From: Opitutales bacterium
GTDB taxonomy: Bacteria; Verrucomicrobiota; Verrucomicrobiia; Opitutales; UBA2987
Direction: 5' to 3'
DNA: 64,000 nt
NCBI GenBank assembly: GCA_965226885.1
Contig: CBDDEL010000016.1
Location: 887,195 to 951,194, forward strand
The notes under the pieces were generated by a model. The model had not been told where the DNA came from, did not search any database, and saw only the letters and a program-made list of their open reading frames with translations. Shown in pieces: positions 10,374 to 18,750 of the stretch. The translations under genes were made by a program, and so were the position numbers. Within the stretch, counting starts at the first letter, position 1, and the number at the start of each line of letters is the position of its first letter.

Positions 10374-11941
10374 CCCGGATATTTCGTAAAAAAAGTATCG
10401 TTGATATGCTTAACTGCTGATATACAGCAGGATAGATCAATAATTAAAGCAATATCAGCGATGACAAAAGGTAAACAATTAAAGCTACAGTTGACAAGGG
10501 TAAAAGGCCGCCGTGTGCGGGTTGATTTCAAGGGCGGAGAGGTTACTTCGGATGCCGGACTGCTTTTGATCCGGGAAGTGGATCGGCAGTTGGGCTTGAC
10601 CGAACGAGCGGCCCGACAGTTAGTGGACAAACGGCAGAAGGGCAAAGTACGCCATGAGGTATTGGGGATGCTGCGGCAGCGCGTTTACGGGCTGGTGGCG
10701 GGCTATGAGGATTTGAACGACTTTGATACCCTGCGCCACGATCCATTGTTAGCAAACGGTAACGGAGCGCATTGAAACGTTGGCCAGCGCGCCGACTTTG
10801 TGTCGTTTTGAAAACGGGCAGGATCGGCGGGCGGCCTTTGCGGTAAACGAGCTGTTGGTCGAACAGTTCATGGGCTCCTTTGCCGAGGAACCCGAAGAGA
10901 TCATCCTGGACTTTGACGCCACCGACAATCCGGTGCACGGGCTCCAGGAGGGACGTTTTTTCCACGGTTATTATGATCATTACTGTTTTCTGCCGCTATA
11001 TGTTTTTTGCGGTGATCAGCTGCTGGTGGCCTACCTGCGGCCGAGCAAGATCGATGCCAGCAAGCATGCCGGGGCCATCCTCAAATTGCTGGTTAAACGG
11101 ATTCGCCAAAGCTGGCCCCGTACGCGGATTATTTGGCGCGCCGACAGTGGATTTTGTCGAGACCGGATACTCTCTTGGTGCGACCGCAACGAAGTTAGTT
11201 ACATCGTGGGGATGGCTCGCAATGCACGCTTGCAGCAAGACGCCCAGCAGTTGCAAAAGCAGGCCAAAGAATGGTTCGAACTAAGGGGTAAAAAACAACG
11301 GTTATTCCAGGACTTCGTCTATGCTGCCGATTCGTGGCGATGGCTGCGGTTGGTCATCCATAAAGCCGAACACACCGCACAGGGGTCCAACCCGCGCTTC
11401 GTGGTGACGAACCTGCCGGGCGATCCCCAGGAGCTTTACGACAAGGTATACTGTGGCCGCGGTGAAATGGAGAACCGAATCAAGGAACAGATGCAATTGT
11501 TCAGCGAGCGCACCAGCGCCCATCAATGGTGGGCCAATCAGTGGCGATTGCTCTTGTCGGCGCTGGCCTACACCTTGATGGAAGCCATGCGCCGGTTAGC
11601 CTTAAAAGGGACGAAGTGGGCGCGGGCCCAATGCCACACCCTGCGGCTCAAATTAATCAAGATCGGAGCGGTCATCGTGCGCAACACCCGAACGATTCAC
11701 TTTCACCTAAGTGAGAGTTATCCTTGGGCCAGTCTTTTCAACCATGCGGCCCGCCGATTGGTGCCAACCTAAAGGGTGCATTGGTGCTGCCCCCGGCACT
11801 ACCGAACCAATGGGGGAAAGGGGGCAGTGTCTCTACACCCTGAAAAACACCTAAAAATCAAGACGATCTGCTCAAAATACAAAGAAATCCATCTCCAATA
11901 GCAATAACGAGCCAAACTTTACCCTTCATGAAATATCCGGG
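10374..11941 (+). mobile_element. IS1380 family insertion sequence, copy 1
   Basis: Terminal inverted repeats CCCGGATATTTC / GAAATATCCGGG. 4-bp target duplication CTAG at 10370-10373 and 11942-11945. Confidence 0.93.
10461..11772 (+). pseudogene. IS1380 transposase, frameshifted
   Basis: One extra A near 10752 (TTGTTAGCAAACG versus TTGTTGCAAACG in copy 2) splits the ORF. TSDAGLLL, LDFDATD and RADSGF motifs. Confidence 0.88.
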
Positions 11942-11948
11942 CTAGGTT

Positions 11949-12782
11949 TTAATTGCGGGAATGGGTATTGGTGGTTTCGTCCACGATTTTGCCGTCGAAT
12001 AAATGAAAGACACGGCGGGCATACCTGGCGTAGCCTTCATCGTGGGTGACCATGCATATGGTGGCTCCGGCTTCGTTTAGACTCTTCAGCATTTCCATGA
12101 CCATTTTACCGTTTTTGGAATCGAGGTTTCCGGTCGGTTCGTCGGCCAGGAGTATTTGTGGGCTGCCGGCCAGGGCGCGGGCTACCGCCACGCGTTGCTG
12201 CTGACCGCCGGAAAGCTGGTTGGGCAGGTGGTTTTTACGGTGGATCATGTCCACTTTTTCCAGGGCCTTGAAAACCTTGGTTCTGCGCTCGGAAGGTTTC
12301 AGGCCGCGGTAGGCCAGGGGCAGCTCCACATTCTCGTAAACCGACAAATCGCCGATGAGATTGAAACTTTGAAAAATGAAGCCGATTTCCTGGTTGCGAA
12401 TATGGGCTCGCTGATCAAGGGACAGTCCCGAGACTTCCTCGCCCCCCAGCCGGTAGCTGCCATCGCTCGGGCTGTCGAGCAGGCCGATAATGGAGAGCAA
12501 GGTCGATTTGCCGCACCCCGAAGGCCCCGATATGAGGACGAACTCACCCGGTTGGATTTTCAGGTGAATGCCGCTGAGGGCATGGGTTTCGATTTCCTCC
12601 GTCAGGTAAATTTTGGTGATGCCGTCGAGGGCGATCAGCTTATGGTTTCCAATGCTCACTGTTGGCGCCAGGGGTTTGGAGGTTAGACGATCTATGGCGA
12701 GGGTTTTCAATGCAAATAGACCCTCCTTTTTGACAATTGGTACATTAATCTTCTCCTCCCGTGGAAAAAAATCAAAGCCCAA
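11949..12782 (-). CDS. ABC transporter ATP-binding protein (LolD/MacB-type); true start probably downstream of 12782
   Basis: Walker [10 protein letters not shown], signature [25 protein letters not shown]. Confidence 0.9.
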   Translation of the reverse strand: MGFDFFPREEKINVPIVKKEGLFALKTLAIDRLTSKPLAPTVSIGNHKLIALDGITKIYLTEEIETHALSGIHLKIQPGEFVLISGPSGCGKSTLLSIIGLLDSPSDGSYRLGGEEVSGLSLDQRAHIRNQEIGFIFQSFNLIGDLSVYENVELPLAYRGLKPSERRTKVFKALEKVDMIHRKNHLPNQLSGGQQQRVAVARALAGSPQILLADEPTGNLDSKNGKMVMEMLKSLNEAGATICMVTHDEGYARYARRVFHLFDGKIVDETTNTHSRN

Positions 12783-12878
12783 TAACGGGCTCCGACTATT
12801 TCCTCCTTTGCCTGGATTGGCAAGAAATTCATTTAAAAAAATTCGATATCATTTGTTGAAAATTATCATATTAATAAA

Positions 12879-12974
12879 ATGGTTCAGGCCCCGGATCTGA
12901 AATCTAACCTTGGAGAGAAATCCAACCGTTAATCCTGTTTATAGGAGCGAGAAATTCTCCGGGACCTGAACCAT
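12879..12974. repeat. 96-bp element bounded by 17-bp inverted repeats (MITE-like)
   Basis: ATGGTTCAGGCCCCGGA at 12879 versus TCCGGGACCTGAACCAT ending at 12974 (16/17 complementary). Confidence 0.55.
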
Positions 12975-13055
12975 CTATATCCATAGCGCCTACTAAGAAA
13001 TTCTAATTTTTTACTCGTTCAGATTAAGCCCCTTCTACCTCAGATTGGTAGTGTA

Positions 13056-13520
13056 TTAAGTAGGAATGGTGGCTAATTCTTGATTATATTGATGAATGAA
13101 AAGTCTCAGACAGGTTTCATGCATACTCTTAAGCTTGGAAAAGGAGAGGGTTTTGCGTGTGAAACGACCCAGTCGTTGGCGCAGGGTATTGTTCCATCGT
13201 TCCACATGGGCCGTTTCACCGGTTTCTTTTCCCACGGATCGGTTATGAGGAAAGACTTCATCATAAGTGCTCCAAAAGTCGCTGTAGGTGGCACATCTTT
13301 TGTAGGCCCGTGGCAGACGCTCGTAAAGTTCCCGGCAACGATACCAATCCCGAGGCCCAATGGCATAGGAGAGGATTTGACGGGTGCGTCGGCAAAGAGC
13401 GATCCAAACCCATTGGGCATCGCTCTTGCGCCCCACAAAAGACCACAGTTCGTCCAGTTCAATGACATCATGGCGGCGGGCCGCAAGAATCGTGCTTTTG
13501 AGCGGTCGCAGCGATTGTCG
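13056..13520 (-). CDS. insB: IS1 transposase InsB part (joined to InsA by -1 frameshift)
   Basis: WVWIALCRRTRQI, YSDFWSTY and TAHVERWNNTLRQRLGRFTRKTLSFSK motifs. Confidence 0.85.
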   Translation of the reverse strand, partial: RQSLRPLKSTILAARRHDVIELDELWSFVGRKSDAQWVWIALCRRTRQILSYAIGPRDWYRCRELYERLPRAYKRCATYSDFWSTYDEVFPHNRSVGKETGETAHVERWNNTLRQRLGRFTRKTLSFSKLKSMHETCLRLFIHQYNQELATIPT

Positions 13521-13773
13521 TTTTTTTTAACCAACTCAAAACGGTGTTGGGACTCACCCCGAAGGCGCGCTGTAAACCGCGTAGACTGCTGCGTTCCTGA
13601 TAGACTCGAAGGATCATTTCTTTTTGCTCTTCGGTGTATTTCACTGTGGGGTTTTCGCGGCTTTGTTTACCACAATCATGGCAGCGGTAGCGCTGTTTAT
13701 GGTTGGGCGTCTTGCCAAATTTAATGATATTTTCACTTCCACAGTGCCGACAATTAATAATTTTAGTAACCAT
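13468..13773 (-). CDS. insA: IS1 transposase InsA (zinc ribbon plus HTH)
   Basis: CRHC...CHDC motif and HTH SSLRGLQRAFGVSPNTV. A8C slippery run at about 13520-13528. Confidence 0.85.
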   Translation of the reverse strand: MVTKIINCRHCGSENIIKFGKTPNHKQRYRCHDCGKQSRENPTVKYTEEQKEMILRVYQERSSLRGLQRAFGVSPNTVLSWLKKTTIAATAQKHDSCGPPP

Positions 13774-13854
13774 GCACTAAGAATAAACTGCCTAACGCTA
13801 TTTGTACAGCTAAAAATACAAAATAACATTCTTTTTTTATACACTACCCTCAGA

Positions 13855-14241
13855 TTAAGCCCCTTCTACCATCTGCGGTTTGCAAATTTGCCGGTAAGGT
13901 AAATTGACTCTGACAGAATCAAAGCCAGGTTTCGGCATGCCCGGCGCAAAAAGCTGGGACGTCGCTAGGCAATCATTATCCGTAATAGTTTCGGCCTCGT
14001 GGTAAAATTTGCGGGTCGACGGCACATTTATTGCCGGGCTGACGGGAAAAAGCCGGTAATCCTGAAGTATTACTTCCAGAACGCCCAAAGCTGCAAAGGC
14101 ATAAAATATACCCATTAGATTTCCGTCGAGTGGACCTTGTCCTACAATACCCATAAGGGTCCCGGCCACAGCTATGACCGTTAAGGCCGACGAGATGATT
14201 TGACTGATTTTTTTATTCATTCCTGTGACTCCTGTTTTCAT
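13855..14241 (-). CDS. Hypothetical small membrane protein (two predicted TM helices), divergent from the MocR regulator
   Basis: 128-aa ORF with two hydrophobic N-terminal segments; no recognisable motif. Confidence 0.55.
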   Translation of the reverse strand: MKTGVTGMNKKISQIISSALTVIAVAGTLMGIVGQGPLDGNLMGIFYAFAALGVLEVILQDYRLFPVSPAINVPSTRKFYHEAETITDNDCLATSQLFAPGMPKPGFDSVRVNLPYRQICKPQMVEGA

Positions 14242-14486
14242 GTTTATTAATAGACGCTATCTTTGTGCCAATCGGATTCAGAATTTTTAACTTATTTATT
14301 ATCAATGAGATAAAAATAGAATTTAACTTTCTGTTCCTTCCCGTTGGTTGCGATGTGCCACTAGCGGGACATCGCCAATCCCAAAATTGGGACGATCTGG
14401 GCGGGTTCCTTTCGGCAACGCTGGAGTGCGTCTTTTCCTACTATTTTTCATTGCAGCAATAGTATATAGACTTTTTACAAAGCAAA

Positions 14487-14567
14487 ACAGATACAAATAA
14501 ATGAAATTGTAACCAGCACAGTATTTTTTTATTAAACTGTATTGCTTAAAATACCCGGCTTCTGTAC
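14487..14567. promoter_or_regulatory. Candidate MocR/GntR operator array
   Basis: CAGATACA (14488) and CAGCACAG (14514) face ACTGTAT (14536) and TCTGTAC (14561). Each direct-repeat pair has a 25-bp period. Confidence 0.55.
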
Positions 14568-14612
14568 CTATGGCTGCAAAACTTAATCCATTATTATAAT
14601 AAAAAAACAGTC

Positions 14613-16124
14613 ATGAACCAACATAGCTCCAGCACCAGCGATTTTTTATACGATAAAATTGCTGGGGAAATCAGATCCCTTATTGAAAACGGAACCCTCT
14701 CGCCGGGGGACAAGCTGCCCTCCGTGCGCAAGCTATCCGGTCAAAAAAAAGTCAGCATTTCAACCATCTTGCAGGCTTATATTGCCCTTGAGAGTGAAAA
14801 ACTGATAGAGGCCCGCCCCCAGAGCGGCTACTATGTTTCCACCGGGTCCCTGCTTCGTTTTCCCGAGCCTTTGGAGCTTTTCCCTTCGGACCCGCCGAGA
14901 ACGGTCGAGGTCGCCGATAACGTGATGGAACTTTTCAAGGCAAGCGGTAAGCCCGATATAATTCCTCTTGGAGTCAGCTACACCATGCCCGAATTGATTT
15001 CCAATCAGAAACTGGCTAAAATGGTGAGTAGGGTCAGCCGGGATCACAGCGAATTTTTCAGCCGTTACACGTTTCAGGCGGCGGACCCGGAATTCGCGCG
15101 CCAAATCAGCATCCGCTCATACGATTATGGATGCAACCTGCACCCCGATGAAATTATCGCCACATTTGGCTGCACCGAGGCTTTTAACCTCTGTTTGCGG
15201 GCGGTGGCCAGCGCCGGAGACGTCATTGCGGTGGAATCGCCCACCTATTTTGGCATTCTGGAAATCATCGAGAGCCTCAATATGAAGACGGTCTCCATCT
15301 GCACCGACCCGAAAAACGGCGTCTGCCTGCAATCCCTTTCCGATACCCTCGAAAACCACGATGTCAAAGCCTGCGTGCTCATGCCCAATTTTCAAAACCC
15401 GCTCGGATTCCGCATGAGCGCCGAACGCAAAAGAAAAGTATTCGATATCCTGGATGACTACGGAGTTCCCCTCATCGAGGACGACATTTATGGCGATTTA
15501 AATTTTCGGGGAAACCGCCCTCAACCCTTTAAAGCTTATGATGAGAATGGATCGGTTATGCTCTGCAGCTCTTTTTCCAAAACCCTGGCTCCGGGCCTGA
15601 GGCTGGGGTGGGTTGCCGCCGGAAAGTATCGGGACCGCATCCTGCGCCTCAAATACCTCAACACCATGGGCACCCCCGAAGCGCCCCAAAGGGCGCTGGC
15701 CGAATACCTCAAAAGCGGGGGATATGATCGGCATCTGAGAAACCTGCGGTCCAGTTTACAGCGTCAAATATGCCAGATGTCGCAAGCCGTTTACCGCTAT
15801 TTTCCGGAAGGTTCACTCGTTACCAGGCCCGAAGGGGGAAACCTCTTATGGGTGCAGCTGCCTGAAACCATCGACACGCTCGAGCTTTACCGGCGCGCCT
15901 TGCGCCACAATATCGTATTCGCCCCCGGCGCCCTCTTCGCCGCCTGCTGTCTAAACGCCTGCATCCCCCATGATGAACCCTGCATGTTTCGCAATTGCCT
16001 GCGTCTGACCTGCGGCGCCCCCTGCGATGAAAAAGTGGAAGCGGCCCTCAAAACCCTCGGCTCCCTCGCCGCAGACATAGCCGCAGGCCTGGATTCCAGC
16101 ATCAAACCCCAAAAAGCCGGTTAA
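14613..16124 (+). CDS. MocR/GntR family PLP-dependent transcriptional regulator (YdcR-like)
   Basis: Winged-helix GDKLPSVR...TILQAY and aminotransferase domain IEDDIYGDL, SSFSKTLAPGLRLGW. Confidence 0.92.
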   Translation: MNQHSSSTSDFLYDKIAGEIRSLIENGTLSPGDKLPSVRKLSGQKKVSISTILQAYIALESEKLIEARPQSGYYVSTGSLLRFPEPLELFPSDPPRTVEVADNVMELFKASGKPDIIPLGVSYTMPELISNQKLAKMVSRVSRDHSEFFSRYTFQAADPEFARQISIRSYDYGCNLHPDEIIATFGCTEAFNLCLRAVASAGDVIAVESPTYFGILEIIESLNMKTVSICTDPKNGVCLQSLSDTLENHDVKACVLMPNFQNPLGFRMSAERKRKVFDILDDYGVPLIEDDIYGDLNFRGNRPQPFKAYDENGSVMLCSSFSKTLAPGLRLGWVAAGKYRDRILRLKYLNTMGTPEAPQRALAEYLKSGGYDRHLRNLRSSLQRQICQMSQAVYRYFPEGSLVTRPEGGNLLWVQLPETIDTLELYRRALRHNIVFAPGALFAACCLNACIPHDEPCMFRNCLRLTCGAPCDEKVEAALKTLGSLAADIAAGLDSSIKPQKAG

Positions 16125-16209
16125 CCTCTACACGATGTCAACGTGTAGCTGATCTTCGCAATGGGATTTGGGGACTTCTACAGTATCCATGCGTGAATTG
16201 GCCGAGGGG

Positions 16210-16293
16210 TGGTAACGCCGCCAACATGCGCAGCTTTGTAGTGGAGGCGAAGCCACAACGGAAAAGCTGTCTCCATGATTGGCCTTGTTAAAT
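16210..16293 (-). other. Integron attC recombination site (84 bp)
   Basis: Minus strand ATTTAAC-AAGGCCAATCATGGAGACAGCTTTTCCGTTGTGGCTTCGCCTCCACTACAAAGCTGCGCATGTTGGCGGC-GTTA. RYYYAAC inverse core 2 nt after the stop codon, imperfect palindrome, terminal GTT. Confidence 0.85.
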
Positions 16294-16707
16294 TTTTATA
16301 CTTCAACTTTATAACTCAATGTCAATTCGTCCCCAGGCATGCCACGAATACCCCAGTTTTCCTTTGGAGTTTCAAATATGGTTATCTCAATATCTTGAGA
16401 TAAAATACCCGCATGAGCATAAATATTTGAATAAATTCCGCGTATGAGTGCCTTCTTTGCTTCGGTAGTCCGCCCTTCAAACATGGACACTTCAATTATG
16501 ATGTAATTCTCGGACCGATCACCTGGATAAACGAAATCATCCGGATTCAAAGAAATAGATCTATGAAACTTCCTCTCTGGCGGATACTCTAGAGCAGACA
16601 TTACCGCTTCATGAATGGAAGTAGAGATAGCTACCTTATTCTCATCAAGGTTTGACTTTAATCCATATATCTTAATTTGTGCCATGCCTGATCCTCGTGG
16701 AATTTAA
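16216..16707 (-). mobile_element. Integron gene cassette carrying a tautomerase gene
   Basis: Begins G|TTAAAT (plus strand ATTTAAC 16702-16708), exactly complementary to the attC inverse core ATTTAAC. Short leader with GAGG RBS; visibly more AT-rich than neighbouring genes. Confidence 0.8.
16296..16685 (-). CDS. Tautomerase family protein (4-oxalocrotonate tautomerase superfamily, YrdN-like)
   Basis: MAQIKIYG...SIHEAVMSALEYPPERKFHR...IIEVSMFEGRTTEAKKAL...ETPKENWGIRG. Confidence 0.8.
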   Translation of the reverse strand: MAQIKIYGLKSNLDENKVAISTSIHEAVMSALEYPPERKFHRSISLNPDDFVYPGDRSENYIIIEVSMFEGRTTEAKKALIRGIYSNIYAHAGILSQDIEITIFETPKENWGIRGMPGDELTLSYKVEV

Positions 16708-16773
16708 CATATTGTAGGCAGCGTCTACGCAACCCGTGATTAGGTAAGATAATTTTTTAGCCGAAATTTGCAA
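16702..16773 (-). promoter_or_regulatory. attI-like site plus Pc-like cassette promoter
   Basis: Minus strand TTGCAA-16 nt-TATCTT (16773-16746), then GTTGCGTAGACGCTGCCTACAATAT-GTTAAAT. There is no attC-type hairpin upstream of the crossover GTT. Confidence 0.5.
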
Positions 16774-16925
16774 GAGAATCTGTAATTCATTGGTGGAGAA
16801 ATGGCTGAATCCGTTTCCCGTAATTAACAGCCAATTTTTAATGATGCGTGGACGCTGCAAAAATTGGTACATCCTTTCCGCCAACTCACACACGAAACGA
16901 AAGAAAAATATTTTCATTTGGGGGC

Positions 16926-16956
16926 TTGACACTGAACGGGTGTTTAACTATACATT
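16926..16956 (+). promoter_or_regulatory. lexA promoter with overlapping putative SOS box
   Basis: TTGACA (16926) with TATACA/TACATT -10. TGTTT-AACT-ATACA (16941-16954) resembles the Verrucomicrobia LexA motif TGTTC-N4-GAACA. Confidence 0.6.
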
Positions 16957-16964
16957 TGTGCATT

Positions 16965-17600
16965 ATGGATGAATTGACATTGCGACAGCAGGAAATTTTG
17001 GGTTATCTTCAATTGCATATGCGGGTGCACGGGACTTGGCCGAGCTTTCGGGAGATTCAGGCCCATTTCGGGTTTCGCAGCACCAACGCCGTCATGGGGC
17101 ACCTCCGCGCGCTCGAGAAAAAGGGCCATATCAGCCGTGTGCCGGGGCAGGCCCGCACCTTCCGCATCACGATGGACTTTAATGAGGAAAACCAACCCGC
17201 CGAGGCCACCGATGTGGTCGATATCCCCATCTACGGTAGCATTGCGGCCGGTTATCCGGACGGGGTCGAGCCAGGCGGGGAAATCGGCCGCCTACAGATT
17301 GATGCGGAAACGGCCGGCATCCGCCGCTCGCGCCACGCCTTCGCCCTCAAAGTGCGGGGAGACAGTATGGTCGACGCCGGCATCTTCGATGGCGACATCG
17401 TTATCATGGAAAGACGCCCGCCCTACAACGAAGATGTGGTGGCCGCCCTCATCGACGGGGAGACGACTCTCAAGCGTTTTATACGAAAACGCGGCAAAGC
17501 CCCCTACCTCAAAGCGGAAAACAAAGACTACCCCAAACTCCACCCGGTGGCCGAACTGATCATTCAGGGCGTGGCCAAAGCCGTCGTCCGCAATTTGTAG
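16965..17600 (+). CDS. lexA: SOS repressor LexA
   Basis: LTLRQQEIL...PSFREI...HLRALEKKG helix-turn-helix, IAAG cleavage site, GDSM catalytic Ser, TTLKR catalytic Lys. Confidence 0.95.
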   Translation: MDELTLRQQEILGYLQLHMRVHGTWPSFREIQAHFGFRSTNAVMGHLRALEKKGHISRVPGQARTFRITMDFNEENQPAEATDVVDIPIYGSIAAGYPDGVEPGGEIGRLQIDAETAGIRRSRHAFALKVRGDSMVDAGIFDGDIVIMERRPPYNEDVVAALIDGETTLKRFIRKRGKAPYLKAENKDYPKLHPVAELIIQGVAKAVVRNL

Positions 17601-17640
17601 TGCTGGGCACGATGCGAGATAGTGGATACTTGATGCAAGC

Positions 17641-17729
17641 TTGTTGATTAGTTGGGTACAAGGTTTGTTGATTAGTTGGGTACAAGGAGGTGCAGTCAGG
17701 GAGGTGCAGTCAGGGAGGTGCAGTCAGGG
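17641..17729. repeat. Adjacent short tandem repeats (2 x 24 bp and 3 x 14 bp)
   Basis: TTGTTGATTAGTTGGGTACAAGG at 17641 and 17665; GGAGGTGCAGTCAG at 17686, 17700 and 17714. Confidence 0.9.
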
Positions 17730-17828
17730 CATGGTTTTTCAGGGTCGATTCCTGAAACCCGACACCTGACACCCGAAACCTTTTTTTCCGCGTCCCCGAT
17801 CCGGCCGATATATAAAAAGTGTACAGAC

Positions 17829-17860
17829 AAAAGGCCCGGTCTCCTTGCGGAGGCCGGGCC
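17829..17860 (-). terminator. Intrinsic terminator closing the putative large ncRNA
   Basis: Minus strand GGCCCGGCCTCC-GCAA-GGAGACCGGGCC followed by TTTT. Confidence 0.8.
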
Positions 17861-18745
17861 CCTTGAAAGTTTGGAATGTCGTTCGCCACACGCTCTTTCC
17901 AAGTGCTGGCATTGGGCGCTTTCGATTGCTCGGAAGCTGCCAGCTCCCCGACGCTATTCCACGCGGCAACACGCGATTGTCGGTCTCATAGCAGGACCGT
18001 CGCCCCAATTGCTCCGGACGATTCTCAAGTGAGGCCTCTCGGCAGGGTTCGACCCGTGTCTGCCGACACCGGTGCGCCCTACTTGGAGCAAAACGCCCTG
18101 CAATAGGCTTTCTGCTCCTTCTGCCCGAGGGTCGGCCCGCAGATGGCTCCGCGGCGTTGGCCCCCGGTTACGGGTCTGACCTCTTAGCTCTCAGGATACT
18201 TTTCGCATTGCAGAGCGGTCGATGCGGTTTTTCACACCGCCCGCACTTTTTCGGAATTCACCAGGCTCAGCTTGCACTGATCCTCGTGCTCTCCCCGCCT
18301 CAAGGTGGCTTTTTCGTGCCTCCGGCGCTTGGCTTTCGGAGGCCTTGCGGCGAGTTTGCCCTCGCCAGTTCACCTTGATCGGACTGGTCTTCATGGTAGC
18401 ATCCACGGCCCGTTGCCCGGGTCACCTTGTCGTCCTTCCTGATGATGCAAGCATCCTCAAAACGAACTCACTCAGCTCGCCGCTGGAACCATTATTACAG
18501 CGGCTCACTGCCGCGTTCCGCATTTCGTCAGGGCGCGAACCCCGGCGGCGGAACGGGTGGAATATGCCTCTTTCCCCATCGGCGAATCTCCCGAAAGAGT
18601 TCCTGTGATGGTTCCGAAGGAGTCAGGCCCACCAGTTCTGGCCCGACTTTTGCCCGGTTTCTCAACCGGGAGTATCTTGAGACTCTCCACCGCCTTGGTC
18701 CGAAAACCCCGGCGGCGAATTGCCATATTTCTTCCAAAGAACTGC
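17861..18745 (-). ncRNA. Candidate large structured non-coding RNA (~850-900 nt; possibly MISL-like)
   Basis: No credible ORF. Dense GC-rich hairpins carry GNRA/UUCG loops when read on the minus strand. Own promoter upstream and terminator downstream. Confidence 0.72.
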
Positions 18746-18750
18746 CCATA

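Larger units (their letters stand above)
13047..13848 (-). mobile_element. IS1 family insertion sequence
   Basis: Ends GGTAGTGTAT / ATACACTACC. 8-bp target duplication CTCAGATT at 13039-13046 and 13849-13856. Confidence 0.93.

Noticed and set aside
16128..16209. Second cassette downstream of the attC
   Set aside because: Only a 20-codon ORF and a short hairpin (CTACACG-N7-CGTGTAG) are present, with no second attC.
17641..17729. Possible CRISPR array
   Set aside because: The repeats are directly tandem with no unique spacers, and no cas genes are present.
17861..18745. RNase P, tmRNA, group II intron or rRNA identity for the structured region
   Set aside because: I found no GAGGAAAGUCC P4 motif, no tRNA-like ends, no recognisable domain V and no rRNA signature. 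The unit is also about twice the size of RNase P or tmRNA. This was checked by eye only.
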